Source of the DNA: Scyliorhinus canicula
Taxonomy: Eukaryota
Direction of reading: 5' to 3'
Assembly: GCF_902713615.1 (NCBI RefSeq)
Contig: NC_052161.1
Coordinates: forward strand, 86,840,236 to 86,904,235
DNA length: 64,000 nt
Below the pieces are notes generated by a model. It saw nothing but the letters and a program-made list of their open reading frames with translations. It searched no databases and had not been told where the DNA came from. The position numbers were made by a program, and so were the translations under genes. Positions 33,270 to 46,194 of the stretch are shown here, in pieces (the first letter of the stretch is position 1; each line of letters begins with the position of its first letter).

Positions 33270-35230
33270 CCTGAATGGACACAGTTAATCTCTCTCTCTC
33301 CTGAAGGTACACAGTTAATCTCTCTCTCTCCTGAAGGTACACAGTTAATCTCTCTCTCTCCTGAAGGGACACAGTTAATCTCTCTCTCCTGAAGGGACAC
33401 AGTTAATCTCTCTCTCTCCTGAAGGAACACAGTTAATCTCTCTCTCTCCTGAAGGGACACAGTTAATCTCTCTCTCTCCTGAAGAGACACAGTTAATCTC
33501 TCTCTCCTGAAGAGACACAGTTAATCTCTCTCTCTCCTGAAGAGACACAATTAATCTCTCTCTCCTGAAGAGACACAGTTAATCTCTCTCTCCTGAAGAG
33601 ACACAGTTAATCTCTCTCTCCCCTGAAGAGACACAATTAATCTCTCTCTCCTGAAGGGACACAGATAATCTCTCTCTCCTGAAGGGACACAGTTAATCTC
33701 TCTCTCTCCTGAAGAGACACAGTTAATCTCTCTCTCTCCTGAAGAGACACAGTTAATCTCTCTCTCTCTTGAAGGGACACAGTTAATCTCTCTCTCTCCT
33801 GAAGAGACACAGTTAATCTCTCTCTCTCCTGAAGAGACACAGTTAATCTCTCTCTCTCTTGAAGGGACACAGTTAATCTCTCTCTCTCCTGAAGAGACAC
33901 AGTTGATCTCTCTCTGCCCTAAAGAGACACAGTTAATCTCTCTCTCTCCTGAAGAGACACAGTTAATCTCTCTCTCTCTTGAAGGGACACAGTTAATCTC
34001 TCTCTCTTGAAGGGACACAGTTAATCTCACTCTCTCCTGAAGAGACACAATTAATCTCTCTCTCCTGAAGAGACACAATTAATCTCTCTCTCCTGAAGAG
34101 ACACAGTTAATCTCTCTCTCCTGAAGAGACACAGTTAATCTCTCTCTCCTGAAGAGACACAGTTAATCTCTCTCTCCTGAAGGGACACAGTTAATCTCTC
34201 TCTCCTGAAGGGACACAGATAATCTCTCTCTCCTGAAGAGACACAGTTAATCTCTCTCTCTCCTGAAGAGACACAGTTAATCTCTCTCTCTCTTGAAGAG
34301 ACACAGTTAATCTCTCTCTCTCTTGAAGGGACACAGTTAATCTCACTCTCTCCTGAAGGGACACAGTTAATCTCTCTCTCTGCTGAAGAGACACAGTTAA
34401 TCTCTCTCTCTCTTGAAGGGACACAGTTAATCTCTCTCTCTCTTGAAGGGACACAGTTAATCTCTCTCTCTCCTGAAGAGACACAGTTAATCTCTCTCTC
34501 TCCTGAAGGGACACAGTTAATCTCTCTCTCCTGAAGAGACACAGTTAATCTCTCTCTCCTGAAGGGACACAGTTAATCTCTCTCTCTTCTGATGGGACAC
34601 AGTTAATCTCTCTCTCCTGAAGAGACACAGTTAATCTCTCTCTTCTGATGGGACACAGTTAATCTCTCTCTCCTGAAGAGACACAGTTAATCTCTCTCTC
34701 CTGAAGAGACACAGTTAATCTCTCTCTCTCTCCTGAAGAGACACAGTTAATCTCTCTCTCCTGAAGGGACACAGTTAATCTCTCTATTCTGATGGGACAC
34801 AGTTAATCTCTCTCTCTCCTGAAGAGACACAGTTAATCTCTCTCTCCTGAAGAGACACAGTTAATCTCTCTCTCCTGAAGAGACACAGTTAATCTCTCTC
34901 TCTCCTGAAGAGACACAGTTAATCTCTCTCTCCTGAAGAGACACAGTTAATCTCTCTCTCCTGAAGGGACACAGTTAATCTCTCTCTCCTGAAGGGACAC
35001 AGTTAATCTCTCTCTCCTGAAGGGACACAGTTAATCTCTCTCTCCTGAAGGGACACAGTTAATCTCTCTCTCTCCTGAAGAGACACAGTTAATCTCTCTC
35101 TCCTGAAGAGACACAGTTAATCTCTCTCTCTCCTGAAGAGACACAGTTAATCTCTCTCTCCTGAAGAGACACAATTAATCTCTCTCACTTTCCTGAAGGG
35201 ACACAGTTAGTCTCTCTCTCTCTCCTGAAG
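33270..35230. repeat. ~28-32-bp satellite GACACAGTTAAT(CT)nCCTGAAG[A/G], left arm
   Basis: Continuous tandem array with variable (CT)n length. Confidence 0.95.
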
Positions 35231-35752
35231 ATGAGATAGTGAAGCAAGTGTTAATAGCTAGAACAAGCCAGAATTAAGGGGACACATTAGTGGAAAATTA
35301 CTAATAGGGGAGTTGTTATTGAATTCGTGAGCCGACTCATGACTGTGAGCCGAATAGCCTTGAGAAACAAGGAAGATGGCTGGATGACGGAATATGAAAT
35401 GTGGGAGCCGCTTGCAACTATAGCTAAACACCTGCTGTTTATGCTAAGACTATTATATACTCATGTGCCAATAGATAACCTCAAAGTCTGTAAAATCATG
35501 TATCGAAACTATGGCAAAAACAAGTTTATGCTTTGTAATGGGGGCAAGCTCAAGTGAATGTAAGGGACAGCCTCTTAAAAAAACATATAAAAAAGGAGGT
35601 TTTGAGCAATACTTTGGCACTCTCCGAGGTGTTTCTCCGGAATACCTAGAGAGCTGCCCCGATCGCAATAAAGATTATTCTGACGTATGGACGTGTTCGA
35701 GACCGTTTGTTCCGGACTGAGAGACAAGTGAATTAGAGACGCATTCACATTT

Positions 35753-35771
35753 TGGTGGCAGCGGTGGGATT
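35753..35771 (+). promoter_or_regulatory. Primer-binding site, tRNA-Leu
   Basis: TGGTGGCAGCGGTGGGATT directly after the LTR CA is complementary to the tRNA-Leu 3' end. Confidence 0.85.
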
Positions 35772-35964
35772 TCAAAGAGTCTCCGCTGAGCCTGGCGGCA
35801 TAAGCGACTGAGTGAGTTCGGGAGCGAAGGAGGAATTGGGCCACCATTGTGAGTAAAGTTTTTGGCACTTTGGTATTCCCCTCCGCTGTACCGTCCTTGA
35901 TTCGGCCCCGCTGCCAGCGCTCAGGGACGCTCTTACGAAATCCAGGTCAGTCCGGCGAACCCGT

Positions 35965-36297
35965 TTAAGGGAGGGAGTGTGACCCCTACAGTTATAGTCA
36001 CAGGCACAGTCAGGGACTAGTGTCTTAAGGGAGGGAGTGTGACCCCTACAGTTATAGTCACAGGCACAGTCAGGGACTAGTGTCTTAACGGAGGGAGTGT
36101 GACCCCTACAGTTATAGTCAGAGGCACAGTCAGGGACTAGTGTCTTAAGGGAGGGAGTGTGACCCCTACAGTTATAGTCACAGGCACAGTCAGGGACTAG
36201 TGTCTTAAGGGAGGGAGTTTGACCCCTACAGTTATAGTCACAGGCACAGTCAGGGACTAGTGCTTTAAGGGAGGGTGTGTAGCCCCTACAGTTATAG
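35965..36297. repeat. 60-bp tandem repeat (about 5.5 copies) in the ERV-A leader
   Basis: Unit AAGGGAGGGAGTGTGACCCCTACAGTTATAGTCACAGGCACAGTCAGGGACTAGTGTCTT is in register across consecutive 60-nt lines. Confidence 0.95.
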
Positions 36298-36502
36298 CTA
36301 CAGAAGAGGTTTCGGCATCATCATGATCCTTGCCTTTGTCTAAAAGTGCCCCCGCGATAAGATGCTTTAGAAGGGTGCGTGATCAACCCTAAGATAACAA
36401 TATAACAAGGACGTTATAACCTTGTAGTTAGATAGGCTTGCAGGCACGGATGAGCCTGCCTGAATTGGGCAACGAAGCAGGATAACTCCGTTTAAATTCA
36501 TG

Positions 36503-39500
36503 ATTGAATTTGGATCATTCTTGAGGCAGAGGGGGTCATAGATAGAAGCTTCAGGGAGGTAGTTATGCCAAAGAATAAAGATAGATGGGTGACAGTGAGA
36601 GGGGCTGGGGGTAAGCAGTCAGTACAGGGATCCCCTGTGGTTGTTCCCCTTAGTAACAGGTATACCGCTTTGGATACTGTTGGGGGGGGATGACTTACCA
36701 GGGGTCAGCCATGGGGTACTGGTCTCTGGCACAGAGTCTGTCCCTGTTGCTCAAAAGGGAAGTGAAGGAAAGGAGTAGAACATTAGTCATTGGAGACTCC
36801 ATAGTTAGGGGGATAGATAGGAGATTCTGTGGTAACGAGAGAGACTCGCGGTTGGTGTGTTGCCTCCCAGGTGCCAGGGTCCGCGATGTCTCAGATCGTG
36901 TTTTCGGGATCCTTAATGGGGAGGGGGAGCAGCCCCGAGTCGTGGTCCACAGAGGTACCAAAGACATAGGTAGGAAAAGGGATAGGGAAGTAAGGCAGGA
37001 ATTCAGGGAGCTAGGGTGGAAACTTAGAGCTAGAACAAACAGAGTTATTATCTCTGGGTTGTTACCCGTGCCACGTGCTAGCGAGTCGAGGAATAGGGAG
37101 AGAGAGCAGTTGAACACGTGGCTGCAGGGATGGTGCAGGAGGGAGGGTTTCAGATTCCTGGACAATTGGGGCTCATTCTGGGGTAGGTGGGACCTCTACA
37201 AACGGGATGGTCTACACCTGGACCAGAGGGGTACTAATATCCTCGGGGGGAGGTTTGCTAATGCTCTTCGGGAGGGTTTAAACTAGTTCAGCAGGGGATT
37301 GGGAGCCTGAATTGTAGCTCCAGTACACAAGAAGCTGAGAGTAGTGAGGTCATGAGTAAGGTTTCAAAGTTGCAGGAGTGTACCGGCAGGAAGGAAGGTG
37401 GTCTAAAGTGCGTCTACTTCAATGCCAGGAGCATCCGGAATAAGGTGGGTGAGCTTGCGGCATGGGTTAGTACCTGGGACTTCGATGTTGTGGCCATTTC
37501 GGAGACATGGATAGAGCAGGGCGAGGAATGGTTGTTGCAGGTGCCGGGGTTTAGATATTTCAGTAAGTTCAGGGAAGGTGGTAAGAGAGGGGGAGGGGTG
37601 GCATTGTTAGTCAAGGACAGTATTACGGTGGCTGAGAGGACATGGGCTGAGTTAAGAAACAGGAAAGGAGAGGTCACCTTGTTAGGGCTTTTCTATAGGC
37701 CTCCGAAAAGTTCCAGAGATGTAGAGGAAAGGATTGCAAAGATGATTCTGGATAGGAGCGAAAATAACAGGGTAGTTGTTATGGGGGACTTTAACTTTCC
37801 AAGTATTGACTGGAAACACTATAGTTCGAGTACTTTAGATGGATCCGTTTTTGTCCAATGTGTGCAGGAGGGTTTCCTGATGCAGTTTGTAGATAGGCCA
37901 ACAAGAGGCGAGGCCATATTGGATTTGGTACTGGGTAATGAACCAGGACAGGTGTTAGATTTGGAGGTAGGTGAGCATTTTGGTGATAGTGACCACAATT
38001 CGATTACGTTTACTTTAGCGATGGAAAGGGATAGGTATAAACCGCAGGGCAAGAGTTATTGCTGGGGGAAAGGCAATTATGATGCGATGAGACAAGACTT
38101 AGGATGCATCACCTGGAGAGGAAAACTGCAGGGGATGGACACAATGGAAATATGGAGCATGTTCAAGGAACAGCTACTGCGTGTCCTTGATAAGTATGTA
38201 CCTGTTAGGCAGGGAGGAAGTGGTCGAGCGAGGGAACCATGGGTTACTAAAGCAGTTGAATCACTTGTCAAGAGGAAGAAGGATTCTTATGTGAAGATGA
38301 GACGTGATGGTTCATTTGGGTCGCTTGAGAGTTACAAGTTAGCTAGGAAGGCTCTAAAGAGAGAGCTAAGAAGAGCCAAGCGAGGACATGAGAAGTCTTT
38401 GGCAGGTATGATCAAGGATAACCAAACAGCTTTCTATAGGTGTGTCAGGAATAAAAGAATGACTAAGGTAAGAGTAGGGCCAGTCAAGGACAGTAGTGGG
38501 AAGTTGTGCGTAGAGTCCGAGGAGATAGGAGAGGTGCTAAATTAGTATTTTTCGTCAGTATTCACACAGGAAAAAGACAAAGTTGTCGAGGAGAATACTG
38601 AGATACAGGCTACTAGACTAGAAGGACTTGAGGTTCATAAGGAGGTGTTAGCGATTCTGGAAAGTGTGAAAATAGATAAGTCCCCTGGGCCGGATGGGAT
38701 TTATCCTAGGATTCTCTGGGAAGCTAGGGAGGAGATTGCTGAGCCTTTGGCTTTGATCTTCAAGTCATCTTTGTCTACAGGAATAGTGCCAGAGGACTGG
38801 AGGATAGCAAATGTTGTCCCCTTGTACAAGAAGGGGAGTAGAGATAACCCCGGTAACTATAGGCCAGTGAGCCTTGCTTCTGTTGTGGGAAAAGTCTTGG
38901 AAAGGTTTATAAGAGATAGGATGTATAATCATCTGGAAAGGAATAATTTGATTAGAGATAATCAACATGGTTTTGTGAAGGGTAGGTTGTGCCTCACAAA
39001 CCTCATTGAGTTCTTCGAGAAGGTGACCAAACAGGTGGATGAGGGTAAAGCAGTTGATGTGGTGTATATGGATTTCAGTAAAGCGTTTGATAAGGTTCCC
39101 CACGGTAGGCTATTGCAGAAAATACAGAGGCATGGGACTCAGGGTGATTTAGCAGTTTGGATCAGAAATTGGCTAGCTGATAGAAGACAAAGAGTGGTGG
39201 TTGATGGGAAATGCTCTGACTGGTGTCCAGTTACTAGTGGTGTGCCACAAGGATCTGTTTTGGGGCCGTTTCTGTTTGTCATTTTTATAAATGACCTGGA
39301 GGAGGGCGTAGAAGGATGGGTGAGTAAATTTGCAGATGACACTAAAGTCGGTGAAGTTGTGGACAGTGCAGAAGGATGTTACAAGTTACAGAGGGACATA
39401 GATAAGCTGCAGAGCTGGGCTGACAGGTGGCAAATGGAGTTTAATGCAGAAAAGTGTGAGGTGATTCATTTTGGAAGGAATAACAGAAAGGCAGAGTACT

Positions 39501-40220
39501 GGGCTAATGATAAGATTCTTGGTAGTGTGGTCGAGCAGAGAGATCTCGGTGTCCATGTCCATAGATCCCTGAAAGTTGCCACCCAGGTTGAGAGGGTTGT
39601 TAAGAAGGCGTACGGTGTGTGAGCTTTTATTGGTAGAGGAATTGAGTTTCGGAGCCATGAGGTCATGTTGCTGTTGTACAAAACTCTGGTGCGGCCGCAT
39701 TTGGAGTATTGTGTGCAGTTCTGGTCGCCACATTATAGGAAGGATGTGGAAGCATTGGAAAGGTTACAGAGGAGATTTACAAGAATGTTGCCTGGTATGG
39801 AGGGAAGATCATATGAGGAAAGGCTGAAGGACTTGAGGCTGTTTTCGTTAGAGAGAAGAAGGTTAAGAGGTGACTTAATTGAGGCATACAAGATGATCAG
39901 AGGATTAGATAGGGTGGACAGTGAGAGCCTTTTTCCTCGGATGGTGATGTCCAGCACGAAGGGACATAGCTTTAAATTGAGGGGAGATAGATATAGGACA
40001 GATGTCAGAGGTAGGTTCTTTACTCAGAGAGTAGTAAGGGCGTGGAATGCCCTGCCTGCAACAGTAATGGACTCGCCAACACTAAACGCATTCAAATGGT
40101 CATTGGATAGGCATATGGACGATAAGGGAATCGTGTAGAGGGACTTTAGAGGGGTTTCACAGGACGGCGCAACTTCGTGGGCCGAAGGGCCTGTACTGCG
40201 CTGTAATGTTCTATGTTCTA
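36503..40220 (+). mobile_element. 5'-truncated CR1 LINE inserted in the ERV-A leader
   Basis: ORF1 SGNH-esterase (LVIGDSIVRG). ORF2 APE (YFNARSI, SETW, GDFNFP, SDHN) and RT (GVPQGSVLGP, FADD) share one frame with stops at 38543 and 39620. (TGTTCTA)n tail. Confidence 0.93.
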
Positions 40221-40289
40221 AGTGGTCCAGGACCATTTCGCCAAATAAACAATAATCGCAAGGATCATTAACTGCCAATAGTGTTAGAG

Positions 40290-40520
40290 ATGGGTAATAC
40301 ATTAAATACAACCTCTGATAGTGGAAGCGCGCTTCAAACCTTGTGTGAACAATATCCGGAATATTCCAAGCAACTGAGACAATTGTCAGGAGAATTGCAT
40401 TAAAATTTAGGAGAAGAAAAATGGCCACTGGGGGAAAACTAATGCATTAAAATTGGGTATAAAATTGACAGAGAAATGAATAGCTAAAACAGCCAAGGTC
40501 TTAAAAAAAAAGGAATGCGC
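40290..40520 (+). pseudogene. gag: ERV-A gag matrix remnant
   Basis: MGNTLNTTSDSGSALQTLCEQYPEYSKQLRQLSG aligns with ERV-B Gag at 53476. Confidence 0.85.
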
Positions 40521-42115
40521 ATATGGGAAAAGAACCAAGTCATTCGGCTATCCGCCTTGAATCTGTATATTAATCCATGTGAGTTTAAGCTTAAGTGGGA
40601 TAAGGTGCTGTCAGGGACTGCGGAGTTCCCAAATCTTATCTCCCAGAATTCTGACATCAAAAACTGCTTTGTTACTGATACTCAGGCCTTCGTGTGAATA
40701 TTTTCACCCTTAACATTTAGTGTGAGTCTGGAAGGATTTGCTGAGCTGGACGCCGCTCGAGCCGGTGGACAAGGCGAGTAGTCAAACCTTTGACCGCCTA
40801 AAATTAGAATCACTCGGCAAGGCGGACAGACGGTGAGGTAACATCCAATAAATCTAGTATCAAGGCCAAATGAGTAAAAAAGTCAGTTTAAATTTTTTTT
40901 TTGGTTTTTGAAGAGCAAAATCCTCTGAAAAAAAACAATGATCAAAGATGGGTGTGATTTCTGTGGAACAGAGAAAAATGGTGAGATACACAGAAGTAAA
41001 GATAAGACAAATAAAGTTAGAAGCACAAATGACATAAATTAAACCTTCACACCATTTGGAAGACAGGCTGGTTTGAAGGAATTGAGCTCTAACTCCTTTA
41101 AGCATAGCAATAAAGCGGGTAAAGATACTGCAGTACAGATTGTGAAAACTAGCAAAAGACATCACAAAACTGCCAACAATTACGGCTAATGGCTGACCCG
41201 GAATGTCTCAAGGAGGAAAAAAAAATCAAATTAAGTGAAGTCCAAAAGATCAGAAAGGGGCTAAAACACTCAATTAGTTTTGTTCAGGAATATCTGAGGA
41301 TGACTAATTCCCCCCTCCCAAAACAAAAAAATTGGGAAGAAAATCAATACAAGATTACGGTTAGAAATTAAACAATGGATACATGTCGAGAATAACTTCA
41401 GATTGTTTCAAGCCGTCCAGATAAATTCGGCAGTAATTCAACTCATTTGAAATAAAAGAAAAATAAACATCCAGTAATGTCTCTTTCCAAAAACCGGTTA
41501 AATAACGAACATTGAAAATTGAAAGAAAGGATGGATAATGTCTGAGGTCACATGGCAGATGGAGATGGCATCATGCCAAGTTCTCCACCACTTTCGATTC
41601 TGTACAAAAGTTTAGCCATTTGAGGAAGCAGGTCATCTGCACAAAGACATATACACCTCTAAGAATAGCGAATGCCTCTAAATTAATCAGTGGAAATTGA
41701 CTTAAATGGAATGACACAGATAAAGTTTTCGAAGGAGAATGAAAAATTTTGTTTAGTATTTTAATTGAGCTCCATTTTAGAGAAAGAGTGAGAGGGTTAG
41801 AGAGAGAGAGCCAGAGACTGAGAGAGGGACTGATAGAGACAGCGAAAGTTGAGAGAGCGAAAGAGAGCGAGTTAGGGAAAGACAGAGACGGGGAGAGGTA
41901 GTTAGATAAAGAGAAAGAGTGGCAAGAGTTCCAGAGACAGGCAGAGTTACGTAGAGAGATAGACAGAGAGAGAGTTTTAGGCATCTAAACTTTGTTCTGA
42001 ACTATTCACTGTCTCTGTATTCATGTTTCATTTTCAGACTTTGACTTCAGACTTTGACTTTTAAAAGTTTTGTTACGAGCTGTGATTATTTGAAAGCTTC
42101 AAATTGTCTACGTAT

Positions 42116-42342
42116 GGGCAGCACGGTGGCACAGTGGTTATCCCTGCAACCTCACGGCGTCGAGGTCCCAGGTTCGAATCCCAGCTCTGGGTCACTGTCC
42201 ATGTGGAGTTTGCACATTCTCCCCGTCTTTGCGTGGGTTTCACCCCCACAACCCAAAGATGTGCAGGGTAGGTGGATTGGCCACGTTAAATTGCCCCTTA
42301 ATTGGAAAAAATGAACTGGGTGCTCTAAATTTAAAAAAAAAA
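42116..42342 (+). mobile_element. HE1-like V-SINE with poly-A tail and 15-bp TSD
   Basis: Flanked by AAATTGTCTACGTAT (42101-42115) and AAATTGTCTACGCAT (42341-42355). Confidence 0.9.
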
Positions 42343-43112
42343 ATTGTCTACGCATTGCCTTTAAAGATTACAGTTTGAGTATAGTTAACAATTTTTTATT
42401 TTCAAAAGCTATCATTGGCATTGCCAGGGTAATTTTGATACACAAGGAATTTTAATCAGGGTGCAAAATCACGTATGTAAGAATAAGAAAATATTAGTTT
42501 TATGGTGTTCAGTGGAAGTTAGGATAATTGAAATACATATGACAAGTTGCAATACATATGACAAATATGAACAAGCCGGTGTTTCATTAGTTCAGGGTTA
42601 AAACTTCCCTGACACAAATAATCATCAGTAGGGTGAAACTTACCTGTCCAACAACGCAGATGTTTTAATGATGAGATTGCAGAATTACTTATTAACAACA
42701 GATGGGTAAATGAAATATGTCCATAATCATGCTCGTCTGGGAAAGAACCACGCAAAATTGGTTCACTCAGAGTTTCAATAACATATTGTGTTTGCTGAAA
42801 GACTTGATAACGAGAATTTGGCAGCACTCCAACTCTTACTTCCAGTTCATTTGAGTGAAAAATATAAAAAAACGTTTAGAGATGCGAATGGCATCATTCC
42901 AATTGATCCACCCACTATACGCCCCTTTTTGTCTCTGCAAGAAAATTAACCCTTTCAACAAGCTCTTGTGTGTAATCCAGAAGATGTCTTGACACTCCCA
43001 TGCTGGGTTTGCCTGTGAGCTCTGGCCCTTTTAATTCTGATAAAGTAATGAACAGTCCACACGGCTGAAGATGCATTTTAATTGGAACTTACCGATCTTA
43101 AATTTAGAATTT

Positions 43113-45120
43113 TCACCCCCTTAACGACCCAGACCTGACCATGTTCACAGATGGAAGTGCTTTTATCGGTGAAAGGGGGGAGCGGTTATCAGGATATGCT
43201 ATAGTCAACCAGGGTGGGGAGACAGTAGAATCAGCAGCATTTGAAACTCCATTCTCGGCCCAGCAAGTAGAATTGTTCGCACTAATACGCGCATGCGCAC
43301 TAGGAGCAGGCAAAAAAGTAAATATTTATACAGACTCCAGATATGCCTTTGGAGTCGTACATGATTTTGGACAATTATGGAAGAACAGAGGATTTTTAAC
43401 ATCCGCTGGCACCCCAATTTCCCATCAGCAGCTAGCAACCCAGTTACTCCAAGCTCTTATGCTCCTAGAAAAGGTAGCAGTGATAAAGTGTACTGCCCAT
43501 ACGAAAGGAAAAACTCCAGTAGATGAAGGAAATAGGCATGCCAACCACCAAGCAAAAGAAGCCTCAAAGTCAAAAGCCATGGTAGTGCCCAAAATGATGA
43601 GCCAGACTAAAAACTCAAAGAACAAGTCTCCCTCTGAAAAACCTATGCCGACCATTACTGACGTAATCCAGCTACAGGAGGACGCTCCTGCTAGCGATAA
43701 AAAGTTATGGGAAGAATTGGGATGTACATATGATAAAGAAAGTAAGCTGTGGGTCACCCCAGCAGGGCAGACATGTATGCCCGATGCTTTGGCAGCCTGG
43801 GTGGCCAAATGTGTACACTTTGCAATTCACTGTGGTGCTCGCGCTACAGGTGATATATTGTTAAAAACCTGGTGGCATCCTAGGTTGCAGGAGATAGCCC
43901 AACGAATTAGCAGTCGCTGCTTGATATGTCAGCAGTATAACCCTGGGAAGGCTGTCCCCTGCGAGCAGGGGAAAACACCATTGCCCCTTTGAGACCCTGC
44001 AACTGGACTACATTGAGTTGGAAAGATGTCAGTGTTACAAGCATGTATTAGTAATTGTTGATGTGTTTAGTAAATGGATAGAGTCCTATCCTACTGTAGA
44101 TAATAAGGCTTCAACTGTAGTAAAAGTTCTTATGCGTGAAATTGTACCAAGATTTGGAATTCCCTATCGTTGAAGCTCTGATAATGGACCTCACTTTGTG
44201 GGACAGATCAATAAAGAATTCTGCACTCAACTGGGAATTAAACAGCAGTTACACTGCGCCTACAGACCCCAGGCAGCTGGGATAGTGGAAAGAGCTAACC
44301 AGACTCTGAAAACCAAACTTGCTAAGCTACAAGCAGAGACCGGAGCCACTTGGCTCAAACTTTTACCTGTTGCACTTTTCCAGATCAGAACCACCCCTGC
44401 GGGAAAGACTCGATTGAGCCCCGCTGAAATCTTGTACGGAAGACCCCTTCGCACCCCCTGGGACTGTCATACATCCCGAGACATTCAGTTCCACCACATG
44501 ACTACAGAAATGGCTAATTACATAATACAGTAGCCTTGACTAAAGTATTAAAGAGTCTCCACTTACAAGTACGTGCCGCACAAGAGGAAGTGCCACCCTT
44601 AGCTAGCTCCGACATTGTGCAACCGGGAGATCATGTGAAGATCCGCAATTGGATGTGGAAGGGGTTGGAACCACGTTGGGAAGGACCGTTCCAAGTTAGA
44701 ACATAGAACATAGAACATAGAACAGCACAGAACAGGCCCTTCGGCCCTCGATGTTGTGCCGAGCAATGATCACCCTACTTAAACCCACGTAACCCGTATA
44801 CCCGTAACCAAACAATCCCCCCATTAACCTTACACTACGGGCAATTTAGTATGGCCAATCCACCTAACCCGCACATCTTTGGACTGTGGGAGGAAACCGG
44901 AGCACCCGGAGGAAACCCACGCACACACGGGGAGGACGTGCAGACTCCACACAGACAGTGACCCAGCCGGGAATCGAACCTGGGACCCTGGAGCTGTGAA
45001 GCATTGATGCTAACCACCATGCTACCGTGAGGCCCTTACCACCCCCTAACCACCCCCACGGCAGTCAAAGTTGAAGGACGAAATGCGTGGATTCACACCC
45101 ACCACTGTAAGCTAGTGAAG
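43113..45120 (+). pseudogene. pol: ERV-A RNase H and integrase remnant
   Basis: FTDGS..AQQVELFAL..YTDSRYAFG; HFAIHCG..CLIC; SDNGPHF; VERANQTLK. Frameshifts and stops. Confidence 0.9.
44697..45035 (-). mobile_element. HE1-like V-SINE with CR1-type tail, inserted in the integrase 3' end
   Basis: Near-identical in structure to 1047-1399, with a (TAGAACA)n tail on the plus strand. Confidence 0.9.
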
Positions 45121-45195
45121 TTTTCGTGGTTATTAACTCTTGTTTTAAGTTTTAGGTACATACGACCTTACTCGGAATAGGAGCAGGACCCCACG

Positions 45196-46194
45196 ATGAA
45201 GCTGCTCTTTTTACTAGTGATCCTCGCCAGCGCCATCCAGTTTACATTTACTAGCGACCGGCAATGTAGACCCGGCGGACGAATTCTGCACCTTTGTCGT
45301 GAGGACACCTTTAGCTGTGCCAACAGCACCACAGATGAGACCTTGCGGACGGCGACCCCGGTAGATACCTGCACCACCATCATTCATCAAGACGAGCAGA
45401 AGCCTCGGTTCCTGACTACCCGCGGATCCCTGACCTGCGATCGCTACGCTTGCCGGTGGGACTACCAGTGTACGAGGAAAGGCAAGCCACGAGTTCCTGA
45501 ATGTAAGACTATCCATACTCACCCGCCTACCAGGAGGAAGCGGGCAACGCACCATGTGACTGCAAATTCATTCCTGTTTATGTCTTATACTTATGCAAAG
45601 AAATTAAATGTCTCCTCTTGTTGGGAATGTACGCATGTTCCCAGCCATGCCCATGGGGGTATTCCCTTGGTCCCTCTTTCCTATTTGATTGAGGAGGTTG
45701 CAGAATGGGCTCTGCGACATAATCGCACCGATCCTGATAATAATACCGCGGAAGGACTCAGTGAGCTCAACGTAGAGCTAGTAGCTGTTCGGACGGTCGC
45801 CTTACAGAACCGCATGGTTCTAGACTACCTCCTCGCCAGCGAGGGAGGTACGTGTGCTGTAGTGGGTTCTGAGTGCTGTACTTATATCCCTGATAGCTCG
45901 GAGAACATTACTCACCTAGTGCACCACATTAGGGATGGGGTAAAGAGACTCCGCCAGTCCTCCTCAGACGACTGGTGGGGATGGCTGTGGTCTAGTTCCT
46001 GGACCACCTATCTGTTTCATGGATTTATTATCTTTATCATTATTTGCCTTTTGCTATGTATCAACGTAACCTGTGTTAAATGCTTTTGTAATCGTTTAGG
46101 TGCCTCTGTGATGCCACAGATGCTGCAGCGGCTTCCCCAGTTAGACAAGCAGAACTTAGTAGATGCCGGAAATGGTATTAGGACATTGGACTAA
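45196..46194 (+). CDS. env: ERV-A env ORF with in-frame internal deletion (332 aa)
   Basis: Signal peptide, RRKR, CWEC, immunosuppressive-domain-like LQNRMVLDYLL, CX6CC and TM helix. Upstream acceptor TTTTAG at about 45155. Confidence 0.75.
   Translation: MKLLFLLVILASAIQFTFTSDRQCRPGGRILHLCREDTFSCANSTTDETLRTATPVDTCTTIIHQDEQKPRFLTTRGSLTCDRYACRWDYQCTRKGKPRVPECKTIHTHPPTRRKRATHHVTANSFLFMSYTYAKKLNVSSCWECTHVPSHAHGGIPLVPLSYLIEEVAEWALRHNRTDPDNNTAEGLSELNVELVAVRTVALQNRMVLDYLLASEGGTCAVVGSECCTYIPDSSENITHLVHHIRDGVKRLRQSSSDDWWGWLWSSSWTTYLFHGFIIFIIICLLLCINVTCVKCFCNRLGASVMPQMLQRLPQLDKQNLVDAGNGIRTLD

Noticed and set aside
33270-35230. RSS-like CACAGTT heptamers in the satellite
   Set aside because: Imperfect heptamer with no nonamer at 12 or 23 nt.
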